Shown here: one piece after another, positions 61,291-64,000 of the stretch
Position numbering within the stretch: position 1 is the stretch's first letter
Layout: each line of letters begins with the position of its first letter
Notes under the pieces: model-generated
Seen by the model: the letters and a program-made list of their open reading frames with translations, nothing else
The model's database searches: none
What the model was told of the DNA's origin: nothing
Origin: Antedon mediterranea
Taxonomy: Eukaryota > Animalia > Echinodermata
Length of the DNA stretch: 64,000 bases
Reading direction: 5' to 3'
Assembly (NCBI RefSeq): GCF_964355755.1
Contig: NC_092676.1
Location: 10,269,888-10,333,887 of the forward strand
Made by a program: the position numbers and the translations under genes

Positions 61291-63629
61291 GAAGTAAGGA
61301 AAAAATAATCAATAAATATTCTCCCGCATATGGCCGTACAGTGTTAATAACACGTGCACTGCTATTTTCTTTAAAAACCAGCACGGTAAGAAATATCAAA
61401 ACATTTTTACTTTTTTTGGTAACTCTAAAGGAAATGTTAAAAACTGGGAGCACGAAGAGTCATTTAAGGTTGATTATCCTACTATAGTATATAGCAACTA
61501 CAGAAATCGTCGAAATACTGTCGGTGAATAAAAAAAAAGGCACATACGGATGGCAGCTATCCACACACAACTTACACAAATAATTTGACAACATGATGAA
61601 TATTTATTTATTTATTCATTTTTATTTCTAATGATATAGCATAGGCCTATGTTATAAAAATTTAAATAATTGATTTATATAATAGCATATTAAGATATGC
61701 CTCGCGGGTTTTTGAAATTTTAAAATACATGCCTCGCACTTTTGGAAATGATAAAACGGTGCTTAGCATGCCTCGCACTTTGTCAACACTTCTATAAATC
61801 AATTAAATAAGAAATTACACATGTTTATGTCAATTGCCCTCCAAAAATATGCTCGTCCCGCTATATTGCCGTATTTCTGTTGGTTACGTTTCCCTGAAAA
61901 GTATTGTTTGCCATCGACCGATCTTACCTTTCCCAAAAAAAAAGCCTATTATTGCACGCATCTAAAACCAATCACACAATCTCCTCATTTCCCAAATCCA
62001 AATGCCAAAGTTACACAAAATTCCTGCTGGGTAATATAAAATATAAAAGTACATACCCTTCGTTCTCATTGCCAAGCCTGATGACCACCCCTTCTAAAAA
62101 TTCAGAATCGTCAGTCTTAAATTAGACATTGTTTAATAAATAACTACAACGTACAAATCATATCTAATTCTCAAAATACAAAGCAATTCACCATCATTTT
62201 TCCAAGTAAATTCATTTTTTTTTCAATATTTATTAATTTCAATAACGCTATTTCCATTCCAGTTATGACATGTTTCATTCTTCCTTAAACCTTTATTTAC
62301 TTCACTATCAAAATAAAAATATCTTTGTATTAAATCGCGTGCAATGCGACTCTACAGCTCACTATGGTTGGTCGGTAAACACGCGACTGCAGCCATGTAT
62401 ATGGCCTTGTTAACAGACATATTTATTTATTTATTCAATTTAACTAAAATATATTGGTAATGATTAAATAACATTTGAGTAGGCTATACGCTTAAAAAGT
62501 CAAGCCTTCCTACACATCTCAAGCTTAAATTATAACACAAAATATGTTGAGCTTAAAATATTCAATATCACTTTACCGATACTAATTATACAACCAACAA
62601 ACTAACATAAAGAACAACATCGTAGTGCAATTATTTTATCACACTCCAACCCGAGACACCTTGCCCAGGCGACAGACAGAATTAGGCCGAGAGCATGCCT
62701 ATTTGGTAAATATCAAGCCGCCATAAACCTCAAACTTGGCATGCAAAATAAAAAAACCATCACAACACTCGATCTCGTGCTTTTAAGTTTATTTGTTTCC
62801 TCTACCACTACCGCCAAAATGGTCACCTATTTCAGTGCTTTCCAGTCAATCAACTGACTTTTATCTCCCCAAAGGACTAAATAAATATTTGATTCCTGTG
62901 TGCCTATAACTTCAGACATCGTCTCTTATAAGTGGGTGTCTCCACTAACTTCCCCACCTAATTGATAAAGTAAAGTTGCTTTGTGACTAATAGCACAACA
63001 GGTTTTTCAACTTGGACGCATTATTTAAATTGATTTTGTTTTTTAATGAAATAAAAAAAAAGTAATCTATTAAATACAAATATTCATCAATAATTACCTC
63101 AAATACATTTCCTTTCACCGATATCCTTCGTTTAGGGGGGCTTCCCTTCGCTTCCTTCACAGTAACCACCTCTGGCTTCAAAAATTTATCAATCAATCTT
63201 GATTGATTGAAAAGTCACCAACTCTGCACAACACCTATAACCACAAAAAAATAAAAAGACATGACTGTACAACATAAATCAAACAATACATTCAACTCTG
63301 AACTACCACAACATAAATGACTAATCTATACCTAACCACTATAAAACAAAATAAATTAACAAGCATTAAAAAATGTTGAGGTTGACATGTTTAATAATGT
63401 TGTTAAAAATTTATAAACCACAGTGGAGGTAAGGTTTTTTTTAGGTTTTTTTTTTTATGATTTTCATTGTCATTATCATAACGAATGTTTAGTCAGGAAA
63501 AAATGTTATTTAAACGGTGGTCACAATTTGTTCAATGCAAATGAATACCTGTTTACCTATTTCTATTAGGCCATGTAAAAAAAAATTGTTGATCGTCTTT
63601 TTTTTTTTTAAGTCAGGAGGGAGGAAGGC

Positions 63630-63660
<31 letters not shown>

Positions 63661-64000
63661 ATAAAAAAAGCAGCAAAGCATCATGAAAGTGTAACGATTC
63701 GACAAAATGTTGAAATGTTGCTTTTGTTCCAATTGCTTGCGCATGCCATCAGTACAACAAATGCACTAGGCCTAGCATTTTGGGGCATCGTAATTTCGGG
63801 AACTGTAGGTGTTTGGACAAACTTAATGAACGAACCTAGTTTATCCACGATGTCACTCAGCTTAGACTGGGCCAATACTTTGATCATACCATCTCCCTTT
63901 CCGGGCTTCCTATCGCTGGCGTATACTGTAGGCAACGTAGGCCTATCGCCGAACTTCCCCGTGTACAATTCAACATACAACTCTGATAATGTTACATCAG

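Noticed and set aside
54297-62944. GGAGTCCTCC / GGGTGTCTCC as TIRs of the hAT-like transposase element
   Set aside because: Only weak similarity and no TSD

Overview
AT-rich eukaryotic (metazoan) DNA with no recognisable ordinary host gene, RNA gene or CRISPR array. The abundant TAGGCCTA motifs and the TE repertoire suggest a marine invertebrate such as an echinoderm (inference only). The window is a dense, deeply nested transposon cluster. It holds decayed MULE (two), pogo, Sola2-like, P-like and hAT-like transposases, L2/CR1 LINE fragments, a non-autonomous Academ-like element, many MITEs with readable TIRs and TSDs, Helentron/CryptonV-like non-autonomous elements and four minisatellites. 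The one apparently intact gene is a two-exon piggyBac-type transposase on the minus strand (26066-25805 joined to 19888-18375, 591 aa). Its 5.9-kb intron is full of insertions and I found no flanking TIRs, so it is a candidate domesticated PGBD-like gene. Other points of interest are a five-level nest at 3.2-15.8 kb, a possible OTU-protease/hAT transposase fusion, 6-bp-TSD elements, and repeated insertion of one non-autonomous family into the same spot of another. Superfamily names come from remembered motifs and TIR/TSD rules, not from database searches.
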